A stretch of 32,000 nt of DNA from Acaryochloris marina S15 (GTDB taxonomy: Bacteria > Cyanobacteriota > Cyanobacteriia > Thermosynechococcales > Thermosynechococcaceae): the NCBI RefSeq assembly GCF_018336915.1, contig NZ_CP064923.1, positions 960,001 to 992,000 on the forward strand, in the 5' to 3' direction. Position 1 is the first letter of the stretch. Each line of letters opens with the position of its first letter. The translations under genes and the position numbers were made by a program. This document shows positions 1-9,894 of this stretch, in pieces. Under the pieces are notes generated by a model. The model had not been told where the DNA came from. It saw only the letters and a list, made by a program, of their open reading frames with translations, and did not search any database.

Positions 1-147
1 GAAGATGGCATGACCGCAGACTGGTCTCGTGCCCCCTACGAACTCCTAGAAACGATTTCCAACCGCATTGTCAATGAGGTGAAGGGTGTGAATCGAGTCG
101 CCTACGATATCACCTCCAAACCCCCTGGCACCATCGAATGGGAATAG
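1..147 (+). CDS. guaA: GMP synthase (glutamine-hydrolysing), 3' end only; the gene is cut by the window edge
   Basis: Frame 1 reads [48 protein letters not shown] and stops at TAG 145-147. The tail NRI.NEV.G.NRV.YDI.SKPP.TIEWE matches the GuaA C-terminus as I recall it from E. coli and B. subtilis. Confidence 0.75.
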   Translation, partial: EDGMTADWSRAPYELLETISNRIVNEVKGVNRVAYDITSKPPGTIEWE

Positions 148-233
148 AGAATCTAGCTATTTTTACTGTGTTTCGTCAAGCCTGTCCACAAGGGCCGATA
201 ATAGTGCTATTCAGTACAATGACACGTTAGAAC

Positions 234-545
234 ATGGCTAGTGGTGAAACCACAACTCAATCGAGTGATTCCTTAGACGAGATACAACGCATCGTTTATG
301 CGCAGGCCCAGCAATCCGAAGGAGATTCTGCTGAGTTACTACAGTTGCTGCGCTTGCTAGAAGCGATGCATCAACGCATTAGGGAAGACTTATTTATCAA
401 GACCTTACCCACCAATCGACAAGCGCTACATAAGTTGCTCCGGGAAATAGAAGCCAAGGGAGGATGGCCTTATATTCCTCGGATGCGCTTAAAATCCCTG
501 ATGGCAAATCTTTATGCGGAGGAAGCGACTCAAGACCTGGAGTAA
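234..545 (+). CDS. Hypothetical protein, 103 aa, family not recognised
   Basis: ATG-initiated ORF in its own intergenic slot between guaA and the convergent kinase gene. Composition is non-repetitive and helical-looking. I recognise no motif. Confidence 0.5.
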   Translation: MASGETTTQSSDSLDEIQRIVYAQAQQSEGDSAELLQLLRLLEAMHQRIREDLFIKTLPTNRQALHKLLREIEAKGGWPYIPRMRLKSLMANLYAEEATQDLE

Positions 546-575
546 TGAGTTGTTATGGCTTCTCTACTAGAGCAA

Positions 576-2780
576 CTAAAGCACGGATGCTGACTTCAAT
601 AAAACGTTCACTTTGCGCAATAGATCCTCTGGTTGCAGAGACTTAAGTAAATAAGCATCTGCACCCAGACTCAAATACCGCTGATGATCTTTGGAAATCC
701 CTTCCTGGGTCAGGACGATGATTTTGGTCTTATCCGTGCCAGGCAGCTCCCTCAAGCGACGAATTAAACTCAGACAGCCTTGAGCTGGCAACTGGGCATC
801 CACAATGACGGCAATCGGCTGTAACAAGCGGATTTGGTCAATGGCAGCTGAGGCTTCAACCATCCAAATCACCTGATAGTTCGCTGCCGTCAACATATCG
901 CACAGCAGCGTCGCATCCTCTTCATGGCCTTCTATCAGCACAATGCGTCCTGCTGATAAGGGTTGGGAAGAGGCTTCTTGCTGAAATAATGCCGATTGAT
1001 TCGGTAACTGCACCGTAAAGATCGACCCTTGCCCCTCCTCTGAACTCACATCAATCCAGCCTTGATGCAGGGTCACACATTGCTGGGCTAAGGCCAGTCC
1101 CAATCCAGCCCCTTCATAGGTGCGATGATAGGACGCATCTAACTGCTGAAACTTTTCAAACAGATGAGGAAGCTGACTGGGAGAAATACCAATGCCCGTG
1201 TCTTCTACCTGAAACACAACGGTATTGGTTTCTACCCATACGCGCAACTTCACCTTCCCCCCCATCGGCGTAAATTTAATGGCGTTATCAATCAGACTGA
1301 TCAGGATCTGCTGGACTCGACGCAAGTCAGCAATAAATCGATCCCGCTCTGGGGGAATCTTCAAATTAGCTTTGAGCTGCACTTGATGGGCATCCGCCTT
1401 ATCTCGCATGACTTGCAAGAGCTGTTGAATCAGGGTGGTGAGGGAAAAATCACTGATGTTGAGAGTGGCTTTACCTGATTGCACATGGGAGAAGTCAAGA
1501 ATGTCATTGATCAGCTCCAGCAGATGTTCACCGCTGTCATGAATCGTTTGTAAGCAACTCCGTTGTTTATCCGTCAATGGCCCTAAAGACCAGCGCAGCA
1601 GGGTGGCTGACATCCCAATTACACAGGTTAGCGGCGTGCGTAACTCATGGTTCATGGTCGCCAGGAAGTCAGTTTTGGCCTGATTGGAAGATTGGGCTGC
1701 GAGCAGTGCGGCCTGGAGTTCTTGGGTGCGGTGTTCCACCTGCTCGTCTAAGGTTTTCTTATGTTGCTGAACTTGATCATGCAAAGCAGCCTGATGGATG
1801 GCAATCGATATATGGGCAGCAATGCGCTTGAGTAAATCTTGTTCTTGAGCATGCCATTGCCGAGGCTGAAGGCATTGGTGAGCAATGCACAATCCCCAGA
1901 GTCCAGATTTGACCAAGATCGGGGTAACTAACAATGCCCTGACTTGAATAGAGTCTAGAACAGTAGCTAAGCTCTCAGAGACAGAATCATTTTGCAGAAC
2001 ATCATGTATCGCTAAGGTATAACCCTGCTGATATTTGAGCAAAGACTCAGGGGAAGCAATACCCCATAGCTGTTCCTGATCAGACAACACGGAGCGTAGC
2101 TCAGAAGAGGCCAAGGCTTCATGGATAACTGAGCCTGATTGAGCAGGAACCTGTTGATGAGGCTCGGTACCGGAGAGGTCAGTCGGTGGCAGTTGATAAA
2201 TTAGGAGGCGATCTGCCTGGAGAAGATGACGGGTCTCTCTCACCACCATTGCCAAGAGAGGCGATAATTCTACACCTTGGCTCAGTTGAGAGATGATTTG
2301 GTGGCAGAGGCGTTCCTGAATGGCGGGTTGATGGAGGGTAACCTCATGGGATAAGGGAACTGCATCGGACCTAGGGCCTGGAGACATCGCCGCGAGGGAA
2401 AGCAGCGTAAATTGTCCCTGAAGTTTGGCATCATTATTTTTGCGAGACTGACGCTCTATCACTTCAGTAATACGCTGTTGGAGCGGGGTATCTACTGGAC
2501 AACGCTGGTAGAGGCGCTGCAGAAATGTCGTAATGGCTAGGGGTTCAAAGGTCAGTTTGAGTTGAGTCTCCCCCGCTTCATAGACCAAGGCACTAAAGCT
2601 CTTTGAGGTGAGAACGGTAAACCGTTGGGTCTCCGGAACAAGCACTCCGACATCAATACTGGTGAGGAGTTTGGCAACACCAGGAATGGACCGCACCATA
2701 TCGACTAGAGACGAGCCCAGTTGCGGATAGACGTGCTGCGGCAATGTATGCTCAAATATTTCGGGTGCTGAAACAGGCAT
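576..2780 (-). CDS. Hybrid sensor histidine kinase: N-terminal domain of unknown type, GAF, HisKA, HATPase_c, C-terminal receiver-like domain
   Basis: 734-aa ORF starting at ATG 2780. H-box MNHELRTPLT. N/G boxes LIDNAIKFTP and EDTGIGI...GAGLGLA. GAF-like segment around LLIYQL...GLWGLCIAHQC. C-terminal REC-like segment RIVLIEGHEED...IAVIVDAQLP...KIIVLTQ...AYLLKS. Confidence 0.9.
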   Translation of the reverse strand: MPVSAPEIFEHTLPQHVYPQLGSSLVDMVRSIPGVAKLLTSIDVGVLVPETQRFTVLTSKSFSALVYEAGETQLKLTFEPLAITTFLQRLYQRCPVDTPLQQRITEVIERQSRKNNDAKLQGQFTLLSLAAMSPGPRSDAVPLSHEVTLHQPAIQERLCHQIISQLSQGVELSPLLAMVVRETRHLLQADRLLIYQLPPTDLSGTEPHQQVPAQSGSVIHEALASSELRSVLSDQEQLWGIASPESLLKYQQGYTLAIHDVLQNDSVSESLATVLDSIQVRALLVTPILVKSGLWGLCIAHQCLQPRQWHAQEQDLLKRIAAHISIAIHQAALHDQVQQHKKTLDEQVEHRTQELQAALLAAQSSNQAKTDFLATMNHELRTPLTCVIGMSATLLRWSLGPLTDKQRSCLQTIHDSGEHLLELINDILDFSHVQSGKATLNISDFSLTTLIQQLLQVMRDKADAHQVQLKANLKIPPERDRFIADLRRVQQILISLIDNAIKFTPMGGKVKLRVWVETNTVVFQVEDTGIGISPSQLPHLFEKFQQLDASYHRTYEGAGLGLALAQQCVTLHQGWIDVSSEEGQGSIFTVQLPNQSALFQQEASSQPLSAGRIVLIEGHEEDATLLCDMLTAANYQVIWMVEASAAIDQIRLLQPIAVIVDAQLPAQGCLSLIRRLRELPGTDKTKIIVLTQEGISKDHQRYLSLGADAYLLKSLQPEDLLRKVNVLLKSASVL

Positions 2781-3094
2781 TATCCAGTCTCCTGCACTTG
2801 TATCCAGCTTCCCCCAGAGAAGCCTGATGGCTCTTCAAATCAGTGGATACCTTTTCTATGACATGAACGACTTAAAGCGGCTATCGACATTCACCAACCT
2901 AAATCTACCGAGTAGAGATAAGATCATGACGGTTTAATGCCATGACTAATCTGTTTCTATCGTGAACTAGCCTAGATTGAGGAAGTTCAACTGATTTCTT
3001 TAAGGCTTTCAATTATTCGCAATATTTGCGTAGAGTCCTTCGTCATCAAGTTTACGAATCAGAGTCAAAGTTCATTGATGGAAGGAGAAACGTT

Positions 3095-6000
3095 ATGCAT
3101 CGTCTGGCCGCAATGCCTGGGGGGTGGGAGGCAGGTTCAACGGATGGGGTCATCTTTGTTGAGCAAACCCCAGCGCCCATTGTGGTGCTCACTGCAGCGG
3201 ATACGGATATTCAGGTGTTGGCCCAGGCTCAAGCTCGATTACCCGATCAAGCTCCCTCTGTCCGAGTCGCCAATTTATTACAGCTCCAGCAGCAGCTCAG
3301 TATTGATCACTATGGGGAGTCTGTTTTAAGCCAGGCAAAGGTGATCATTGTCCGGCTGTTGGGAGGGCGAGCCTATTGGTCCTATGGTTTGGAGCGGGTT
3401 AAAGAAATTGTGGCGGAGACGGGAACCCATCTATACGTCTTACCGGGAGACGATCGGCCCGATCCCGATTTGATCAGCCATTCTAATGTCAGGTTGTCGG
3501 CTGTACATCAGCTATGGCAATACTTTACAGAAGGAGGGATTGATAATTGTGTGCAGGGATTGCAGTTTATTGCCCATCATCATTTTGACTCAGGACTGGA
3601 CCCCTTACCTCCTCAACCTGTCCCTCGGATGGGTCTTTTCCCTACCCGCCTAGAACCACATCTTGACACCCAACCGAGGGTGGGTCTTCTGTTTTATCGC
3701 GCCCACTATTTAGCCGGTAACGTGGATGCGATCGCATCCCTATCCCAAGCCTTAACCCAGCACAATCTCACCCCTGTTCCGATTTTTGTCCAATCCCTCC
3801 AGGATCCAGCCGTGCAGGCCGAACTGGTGGAATTGCTCAACCCACCCGATCAGCCCGGTATTAGTCTCCTGCTGAATACCACTAGCTTTTCCCTGGCTAA
3901 ACTGGCCGCAGAAACCCTGAATTTAGAATTGTGGGAACAGTTGGATGTTCCTGTCCTCCAGGTGATTTGCAGCGGGGGAACCGTCGAGCGCTGGCAAACG
4001 CAACTCCAGGGCTTAGCTCCTCGGGATATGGCCATGAATGTAGCCCTCCCCGAAGTGGATGGTCGGATTATCAGTCGAGCCGTCTCCTTTAAGGCAGTCC
4101 AGACCTACAATGCTCAACTCGAAACCGATGTAGTCAGCTATCAGCCCGTCGAAGACCGAATCCAGTTTGTGGCAGCATTGGCGGCGAACTGGGTGAAATT
4201 GAGGCACTGCGATCCATCAGACCGACGAATTGCCTTAATTTTGGCCAACTATCCTACCCGAGATGGTCGCCTCGCCAATGGAGTGGGCCTCGATACCCCT
4301 GCTAGCTGTATTGCTATTTTGCAAGCGATGCAGGCGGCGGGCTATACCTTAGAGGGACTCCCTACTGATGGTGATCAGCTAATTGAGTGGCTCACCACTG
4401 GGGTGACTAATGATCTAGAAGGCTGGCCCCTACGAAAAGTCTATCAGCAGCTTTCTTTAGCAGACTATGAGGCGGTATTCGCTCAATTCCCCTCGGCAGT
4501 CCAGGAACAGATGTGCGATCGCTGGGGGGCTCCCAGTCAAGCTGCCTCCGGTGGCTTCTTTGCCATTGCTGGCATCCAGCTCGGCAACGTCTTTATCGGC
4601 ATCCAGCCCGCCCGAGGCTACGATCTCGATCCGAGCCTCAATTATCATGCCCCGGATTTAGAACCCACCCATGGGTATTTAGCCTTCTATATCTGGCTAC
4701 GACAACAGTTCCAAACCCATGCTGTGATTCATGTGGGTAAGCATGGCAACTTGGAATGGCTACCGGGTAAAAGCATTGCCTTGTCCAACACCTGCTATCC
4801 CGAAATTGCCCTCGGTCCCTTGCCCCATCTCTACCCCTTTATCGTGAACGATCCGGGGGAAGGAGCCCAAGCCAAACGTCGAGGCCAGGCCGTCATTCTC
4901 GATCACCTGACGCCACCCCTCACCCGAGCCGAACTGTATGGCCCTCTGCAAAAGCTGGAAGCCCTGATTGATGAGTATTACGATGCCCAAAGTCTAGATC
5001 CAAGACGGCTGCCTGTGATCCGCGATCGCATTCTGGCTCTCGTTCAAACTGAACAGTTAGATCAAGATCTGGGAATTGCTCTCTCTCAAGATGACCCCAC
5101 TGAATTAGAAGCCTTACTCACCCAAGCCGATGGCTATCTATGTGAGTTGAAAGAAGCGCAAATTCGCGATGGCCTCCATATTTTTGGGTCTTGCCCAGAG
5201 CAGACTCAGTTACGGGATTTAGTGGTGTCATTAGCCCGTCAACCCAGTCCTCATCATCAGGGCCTCACCCGCACTTTGGCCCAGGCTTGGCAGCTAGTAT
5301 TGGATCCCTTAACTGCCGATCCAGCCCAACCCCTCACCCCTGACCAAAAAAGCGTTTTGGGCAAAAAATCAGATTCGCTACACATAATCGGAGATGCGAT
5401 CGCACTTTTAGAAACTGAAGCAGCAGCATTAGTCGAACAGCTTCTAACCCCAGCCCCCGTTGACCTCTCCCAACATGCCGAGGAGCTACAAGCAGAGCTG
5501 ACGTGGATTCGCGAGAGTCTACTGCCCCGGCTTTACCAAACTGATCAGGAAATTACCCATCTTCTGCGCGGACTAGATGGACGATATGTTCCCAGCGGAG
5601 CGTCCGGTGCACCGACTCGGGGACGCCCGGATGTTTTACCCACCGGGCGCAATTTTTACTCCGTTGATATTCGAGCGTTACCCACAGAAAGTGCCTGGGA
5701 CGTGGGTCGCAAAGCCGCCGAAGTCTTAGTAGAACGCTATACCCAAGATCACGGTGAATATCCCCGCACCCTAGGGCTATCTATGTGGGGCACTGCTACG
5801 ATGCGGACGGGTGGAGATGACTTAGCCCAAGCCCTAGCCCTATTAGGTGTACAGCCTGTTTGGGAAGGACTATCACGGCGGGTGATCGATTTTGAAGTGC
5901 TGCCCCTCTCCCTTCTGGGCCGTCCTCGTGTAGATGTCACCTTACGGATTTCAGGGTTCTTTCGGGATGCTTTTCCCAATTTGATTGATTTATTCGATCG

Positions 6001-6898
6001 AGCAGTGAATGCAGTGGCTAGCCTGGATGAACCCGATCACGATAACCCCCTCGTATCCCAAGTTCAGCAAGAGCAGCAATATTGGCTAGAGGAAGGAGTA
6101 AGCGCTGAGGTAGCGGAAGTGCGATCGCGCTACCGCATCTTTGGGTCTAAACCCGGTGCCTATGGGGCTGGATTACAGGGTCTGATCGAATCCCAAAACT
6201 GGACTGACGACCAGGACTTGGCTCGGGCCTATATGAACTGGAGCAGCTATGCCTATACCGCTCAATCCTCCAGCTCATCTGCCGATGCCTCTGAGCAATT
6301 TGCCCCGGAAGCCTTTAGCCAACGTCTCAGCCAAATGCAGATCGTTCTCCACAACCAAGATAATCGCGAGCATGATCTACTGGATTCTGATGACTATTAT
6401 CAGTTTCAGGGGGGCTTAGCGACAGCCGTGAGGGCCGTCCAAGGGCAAAACCCAGAACTCTACTTTGGTGACCATGCAGTTCCTAGCAATCCTAAAGTTC
6501 GAAAACTCCAGGAAGAGATTGCTCGGGTTTATCGGTCGCGGGTGATCAATCCCAAATGGATTGCTGGGGTGATGCGCCACGGTTATAAAGGCGCATTTGA
6601 AATGACGGCGACGGTGGATTACCTCTTTGCCTACGATGCCACTACCCATTGTGTGGCCGACCATATGTATCAAGGGGTGGCGACGTCCTACCTATTTAAT
6701 CCTCAAGTGCAAGAATTTATTCAAGATAAAAATCCCTGGGCTTTGCGAGATATGGCAGAGCGCCTGCTGGAAGCCCATCAACGAGGGCTTTGGCAGCAGG
6801 CGGAGCAGGAGACAATATCGGAGTTGCGATCCCTAGTCAACCAAGCGGAAGGCGTCATCGAGAACAAGTCATTGCCCCAGAATTATCCTTCCTCTTAG
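3095..6898 (+). CDS. cobN: Cobaltochelatase subunit CobN
   Basis: About 1267 aa from ATG 3095, preceded by GGAAGGAG at 3080-3087. The N-terminus MHRLAAMPGGW...VVLTAADTDIQ...VRVANLL is CobN-like rather than ChlH-like. It also has the conserved HVGKHGNLEWLPGK chelatase large-subunit motif. The TTG at 3026 in the ORF track is probably an over-extension. Confidence 0.85.
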   Translation: MHRLAAMPGGWEAGSTDGVIFVEQTPAPIVVLTAADTDIQVLAQAQARLPDQAPSVRVANLLQLQQQLSIDHYGESVLSQAKVIIVRLLGGRAYWSYGLERVKEIVAETGTHLYVLPGDDRPDPDLISHSNVRLSAVHQLWQYFTEGGIDNCVQGLQFIAHHHFDSGLDPLPPQPVPRMGLFPTRLEPHLDTQPRVGLLFYRAHYLAGNVDAIASLSQALTQHNLTPVPIFVQSLQDPAVQAELVELLNPPDQPGISLLLNTTSFSLAKLAAETLNLELWEQLDVPVLQVICSGGTVERWQTQLQGLAPRDMAMNVALPEVDGRIISRAVSFKAVQTYNAQLETDVVSYQPVEDRIQFVAALAANWVKLRHCDPSDRRIALILANYPTRDGRLANGVGLDTPASCIAILQAMQAAGYTLEGLPTDGDQLIEWLTTGVTNDLEGWPLRKVYQQLSLADYEAVFAQFPSAVQEQMCDRWGAPSQAASGGFFAIAGIQLGNVFIGIQPARGYDLDPSLNYHAPDLEPTHGYLAFYIWLRQQFQTHAVIHVGKHGNLEWLPGKSIALSNTCYPEIALGPLPHLYPFIVNDPGEGAQAKRRGQAVILDHLTPPLTRAELYGPLQKLEALIDEYYDAQSLDPRRLPVIRDRILALVQTEQLDQDLGIALSQDDPTELEALLTQADGYLCELKEAQIRDGLHIFGSCPEQTQLRDLVVSLARQPSPHHQGLTRTLAQAWQLVLDPLTADPAQPLTPDQKSVLGKKSDSLHIIGDAIALLETEAAALVEQLLTPAPVDLSQHAEELQAELTWIRESLLPRLYQTDQEITHLLRGLDGRYVPSGASGAPTRGRPDVLPTGRNFYSVDIRALPTESAWDVGRKAAEVLVERYTQDHGEYPRTLGLSMWGTATMRTGGDDLAQALALLGVQPVWEGLSRRVIDFEVLPLSLLGRPRVDVTLRISGFFRDAFPNLIDLFDRAVNAVASLDEPDHDNPLVSQVQQEQQYWLEEGVSAEVAEVRSRYRIFGSKPGAYGAGLQGLIESQNWTDDQDLARAYMNWSSYAYTAQSSSSSADASEQFAPEAFSQRLSQMQIVLHNQDNREHDLLDSDDYYQFQGGLATAVRAVQGQNPELYFGDHAVPSNPKVRKLQEEIARVYRSRVINPKWIAGVMRHGYKGAFEMTATVDYLFAYDATTHCVADHMYQGVATSYLFNPQVQEFIQDKNPWALRDMAERLLEAHQRGLWQQAEQETISELRSLVNQAEGVIENKSLPQNYPSS

Positions 6899-6933
6899 TA
6901 CCGCCCAGGAAGACTTAAGGTTCTTTAGAGGCT

Positions 6934-9894
6934 CTAGACAAAGGTGAAGGCACTGCTGTTTAAGGTCAAGCTATTGTTATAGGCCACAACAGCAACTAGT
7001 TCATCAGTCGTCCCAGAGGTATTTAAGAAAATGGCTGTTCCGGATTGCATTCCTGCAGGAGCTGCACCTAATAGATAGTCAGTGGCTTGTCCGTGAAGCT
7101 GAATTTTATCTCCACGGGATTGATTGAACCCTTTTACCAGAGCGTAATCTCCAGCGCCTAAGGTATTATTTTGACCATCGTTATAGAACGCCTGATTGGC
7201 ATCTCCCAACACAAAGGTATTAACGCCAGTCCAATCCATGAGGATGTCCTGCTCGCCACGACCTGCTTGGGCTGTCGTGGCATCGACACCCATCAACCAG
7301 TCATTCCCATTACCCCCATAAACTGAATCATTGCCTCGGCCTCCAATCAGGGTATCTTGGCCGCCCTCACCATAGAGAGTATCGTTGCCAGCATCACCGG
7401 CTAGCCAGTCATTCCCGTCTTGGGACGAGAGCAGATCATTGCCATCTCCACCATGGATGGAATCACTCCCAGCGCCACCGCCAAGGGAATCTTTCCCCTT
7501 TCCACCATAGATAAGATCGTTACCAGCAGCCCCCCAAATTTGATCATTGCCATCTTCACCCCAATGGCTATCATTGCCGAGGCCACCACCCAGGTAGTCA
7601 TCCCCACTGCCTCCCCAAAGAGCATCATTCCCAGCCTCACCATGGAGGCGGTCTCGACCTATTCCTCCTCGAATCAGGTCATCTCCGTCATTACCATATA
7701 GATTATCCTCACCCTGGTCGCCTTCGAGAGTGTCATTCCCTAAAGCGCCGTAAAGCGTATCATTGCCCCAGGAACCGAGCAGTTGATCATTACCCAGCCC
7801 ACCGAATAAATTATCGTCACCGCTATTACCAAAGAGTTGATCTTGGCCATCACCACCATTGAGGCGATCATTGCCATCTCCCCCCATCAACGAGTCAGTA
7901 TCATTTCCCCCATTCAGGGTGTCACTCCCGGAACCGCCATACAGGGTATCATTGCCAACATCTCCATAGAGATTATCGTTCCCCCCTTCTCCTCGCAGCT
8001 CATCATCTCCTGCGGCACCATTGAGGGTGTCGTTACCGTCGCCACCGAGCAGCCAATCTTGGCCAACATCTCCATAGAGGGTATCGTTACCTGCTCCACC
8101 ATTGAGGGTATCGTTACCTGCTCCGCCATTTAGGTTATCTTCCCCTATGGCTCCTTCTAGGAGATCATCTCCCTCTGAACCATACAATCTGTCATTCCCT
8201 GCATTTCCCCAGAGCGTATCATTCCCTGCTCCACCATTGAGGCTGTCATCGCCATTGCCACCGTACAAGATGTCAAGCCCCATATCTCCATAGAGATTGT
8301 CATTGCCATCTCGTCCTCGGAGAGTGTCATTATCTTTGCCGCCATTGAGCTTGTCATCGTCAGTGCCGCCGTCGAGCAAGTCGTTGCCCTCTCCCCCATA
8401 CAGATCATCGATACCGGCATCACCCTGCAAGTTATCATCGCCAATTCCACCATTGAGGCTATCATCGCCACCGGCCCCACGGAGCGTGTCATTACCACCC
8501 CGTCCTTCTAGATACTGGTTGCGATCGCTGCCTCGCATCACATTATTGGCATCCGTCCCTTCAAGGAAAAAGCGGTTATCGCCACTGGGAATGGGAGAGG
8601 ACGTTGGTGTTGATATGCCGTTACCAAACACCCTCACATCATCCACCCCCACAAAGTCTCCCTGATCTTTCGTCCCTCGGGTATTCACTTGGAACAGGAG
8701 AAAGTCATATCCCTGCTTGAGATCAACATTCCAGCGAAGCGATTGCCAATCAAAAGTGGTACCACCGAGGGTGACATCTGCCAGCTTGACCCGTTGCATG
8801 GGCAAAGTCCCCACTTGTTGTGGCCCTGAGGTTAGATAAAGATTATTTTCAAACTGACCGTTAACCCCCCAGAGGGTAATGTCAATATCATTGTTGAGTT
8901 TCCCTGCTCCTTCGGTATTCTTGAGTCTGAGTCCTAGGGTCTGCTTACCTCGACGGATGCGTTGGTCATAGATCACTTGAGCGAGGCCTGTTCCATAGTG
9001 GTTGGGAGTTGATAGCACCGCTGCACCATTACCAATCGAGGCATCACGTCGAATCCCATTCGTCGCTAACCAGCCTAAACCAGCACCAGAACTATTCCCT
9101 CTATAGGCAGCACCGAAAGCAGCTCCAGAACTGAAATCATTATTTGTAAAAGGGTTTAGGTAGTTAGCCCCCTGAACATTGAAGGACTTCGTTAGGGTTT
9201 GGGTTGCCCCCTGGTTGTCCCAAACCGTCAGGGTAACGTCTTGAGTACCAGCCTGGCCAAAATGATGGCTGACTTGCCGACCAAATTTATCGATTTTGCC
9301 ATCATTATTGAAATCCCAACCATAGGCTGCAATCGCATTACTCCCTAAGTCCCTGGTAAGTACTTGACCGTCCGGCTTTAAGGGATCAGTATCGTAGGAT
9401 GTACCGGCATCAAACGATACTGCCAAACCACCCATCTTCTTGCTATTAAATAGAGCCACAGGCAAAGCATTATTACCTGCATCAATAAAACGCGTATTGT
9501 TTATTTTCAGATTTTTGGAAAAATCATCTGGGCGCTTACCATTATCCAGGGGTGCTCCACCAATAGCTGAGATGTTGTACTTATTCTGGCTGAAATAGCT
9601 ATTGTTGAGGGAAGAAGCAATAAAGTCCTGATCATGATTGAGAAATTCCGTTTTGAATCCCTCATTAAACCCCTTTACCCGCAGCTTATTGAAGTTGATA
9701 TTAAAAGAGGCATGATTCTCAAAAATCCCTCTACCGCGAGGTTGATCAGGATTACCGATAATCAAGCCATTTTTGATATCCGTGTAGGAGCTGTATTGGA
9801 CTTTCACCCCCGTACCCCGAACGCTCCACACTTTAAAGTCATACCAAATCCGATTTATATAACTCCGATATAATTCATAATTAGAGAATGCCAA
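6934..9894 (-). CDS. C-terminal fragment of the exoprotein: beta-helix continuation, PKD domain, jelly-roll/CBM-like domain, about 47 RTX (hemolysin-type Ca-binding) nonapeptides, C-terminal secretion-type domain
   Basis: 986-aa ORF. Its apparent TTG start (9894) and first 17 codons lie inside the IS630 element. PKD-like segment [39 protein letters not shown]. The long GGxGxDxLx array spans residues about 444-869. There is no N-terminal signal peptide, and the tail ends ...[12 protein letters not shown], as expected for type I secretion substrates. Confidence 0.8.
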   Translation of the reverse strand: MAFSNYELYRSYINRIWYDFKVWSVRGTGVKVQYSSYTDIKNGLIIGNPDQPRGRGIFENHASFNINFNKLRVKGFNEGFKTEFLNHDQDFIASSLNNSYFSQNKYNISAIGGAPLDNGKRPDDFSKNLKINNTRFIDAGNNALPVALFNSKKMGGLAVSFDAGTSYDTDPLKPDGQVLTRDLGSNAIAAYGWDFNNDGKIDKFGRQVSHHFGQAGTQDVTLTVWDNQGATQTLTKSFNVQGANYLNPFTNNDFSSGAAFGAAYRGNSSGAGLGWLATNGIRRDASIGNGAAVLSTPNHYGTGLAQVIYDQRIRRGKQTLGLRLKNTEGAGKLNNDIDITLWGVNGQFENNLYLTSGPQQVGTLPMQRVKLADVTLGGTTFDWQSLRWNVDLKQGYDFLLFQVNTRGTKDQGDFVGVDDVRVFGNGISTPTSSPIPSGDNRFFLEGTDANNVMRGSDRNQYLEGRGGNDTLRGAGGDDSLNGGIGDDNLQGDAGIDDLYGGEGNDLLDGGTDDDKLNGGKDNDTLRGRDGNDNLYGDMGLDILYGGNGDDSLNGGAGNDTLWGNAGNDRLYGSEGDDLLEGAIGEDNLNGGAGNDTLNGGAGNDTLYGDVGQDWLLGGDGNDTLNGAAGDDELRGEGGNDNLYGDVGNDTLYGGSGSDTLNGGNDTDSLMGGDGNDRLNGGDGQDQLFGNSGDDNLFGGLGNDQLLGSWGNDTLYGALGNDTLEGDQGEDNLYGNDGDDLIRGGIGRDRLHGEAGNDALWGGSGDDYLGGGLGNDSHWGEDGNDQIWGAAGNDLIYGGKGKDSLGGGAGSDSIHGGDGNDLLSSQDGNDWLAGDAGNDTLYGEGGQDTLIGGRGNDSVYGGNGNDWLMGVDATTAQAGRGEQDILMDWTGVNTFVLGDANQAFYNDGQNNTLGAGDYALVKGFNQSRGDKIQLHGQATDYLLGAAPAGMQSGTAIFLNTSGTTDELVAVVAYNNSLTLNSSAFTFV
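7288..8565 (-). repeat. Tandem RTX nonapeptide array (27-bp coding periodicity, about 47 units)
   Basis: An uninterrupted run of G-G-x-G-x-D-x-[LIFWY]-x units, for example [37 protein letters not shown]. The low stop-codon content of the other frames produces several spurious ORFs on both strands here. Confidence 0.9.

Noticed and set aside
2781-3094. Possible cobalamin riboswitch in the 315-bp leader upstream of cobN
   Set aside because: I read the region on the cobN strand and could not find a B12-box-like element or the conserved GGTG.AA.TCC-type core. Without a covariance-model scan I cannot exclude a divergent riboswitch, but nothing in the sequence supports calling one.
3026-3094. TTG-initiated 5' extension of cobN given by the ORF track
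   Set aside because: An in-frame ATG at 3095 has a GGAAGGAG ribosome-binding site 8-15 nt upstream and gives the canonical CobN N-terminus MHRL...PGGW. The extension adds 23 non-conserved-looking residues.
7401-8665. Several 60-120-aa ORFs on both strands inside the RTX repeat block
   Set aside because: They overlap the 986-aa RTX ORF and have low-complexity Ser/Pro or Met/Val/Thr-rich translations. They are explained by the stop-poor alternative frames of the GGxGxD-coding repeat.
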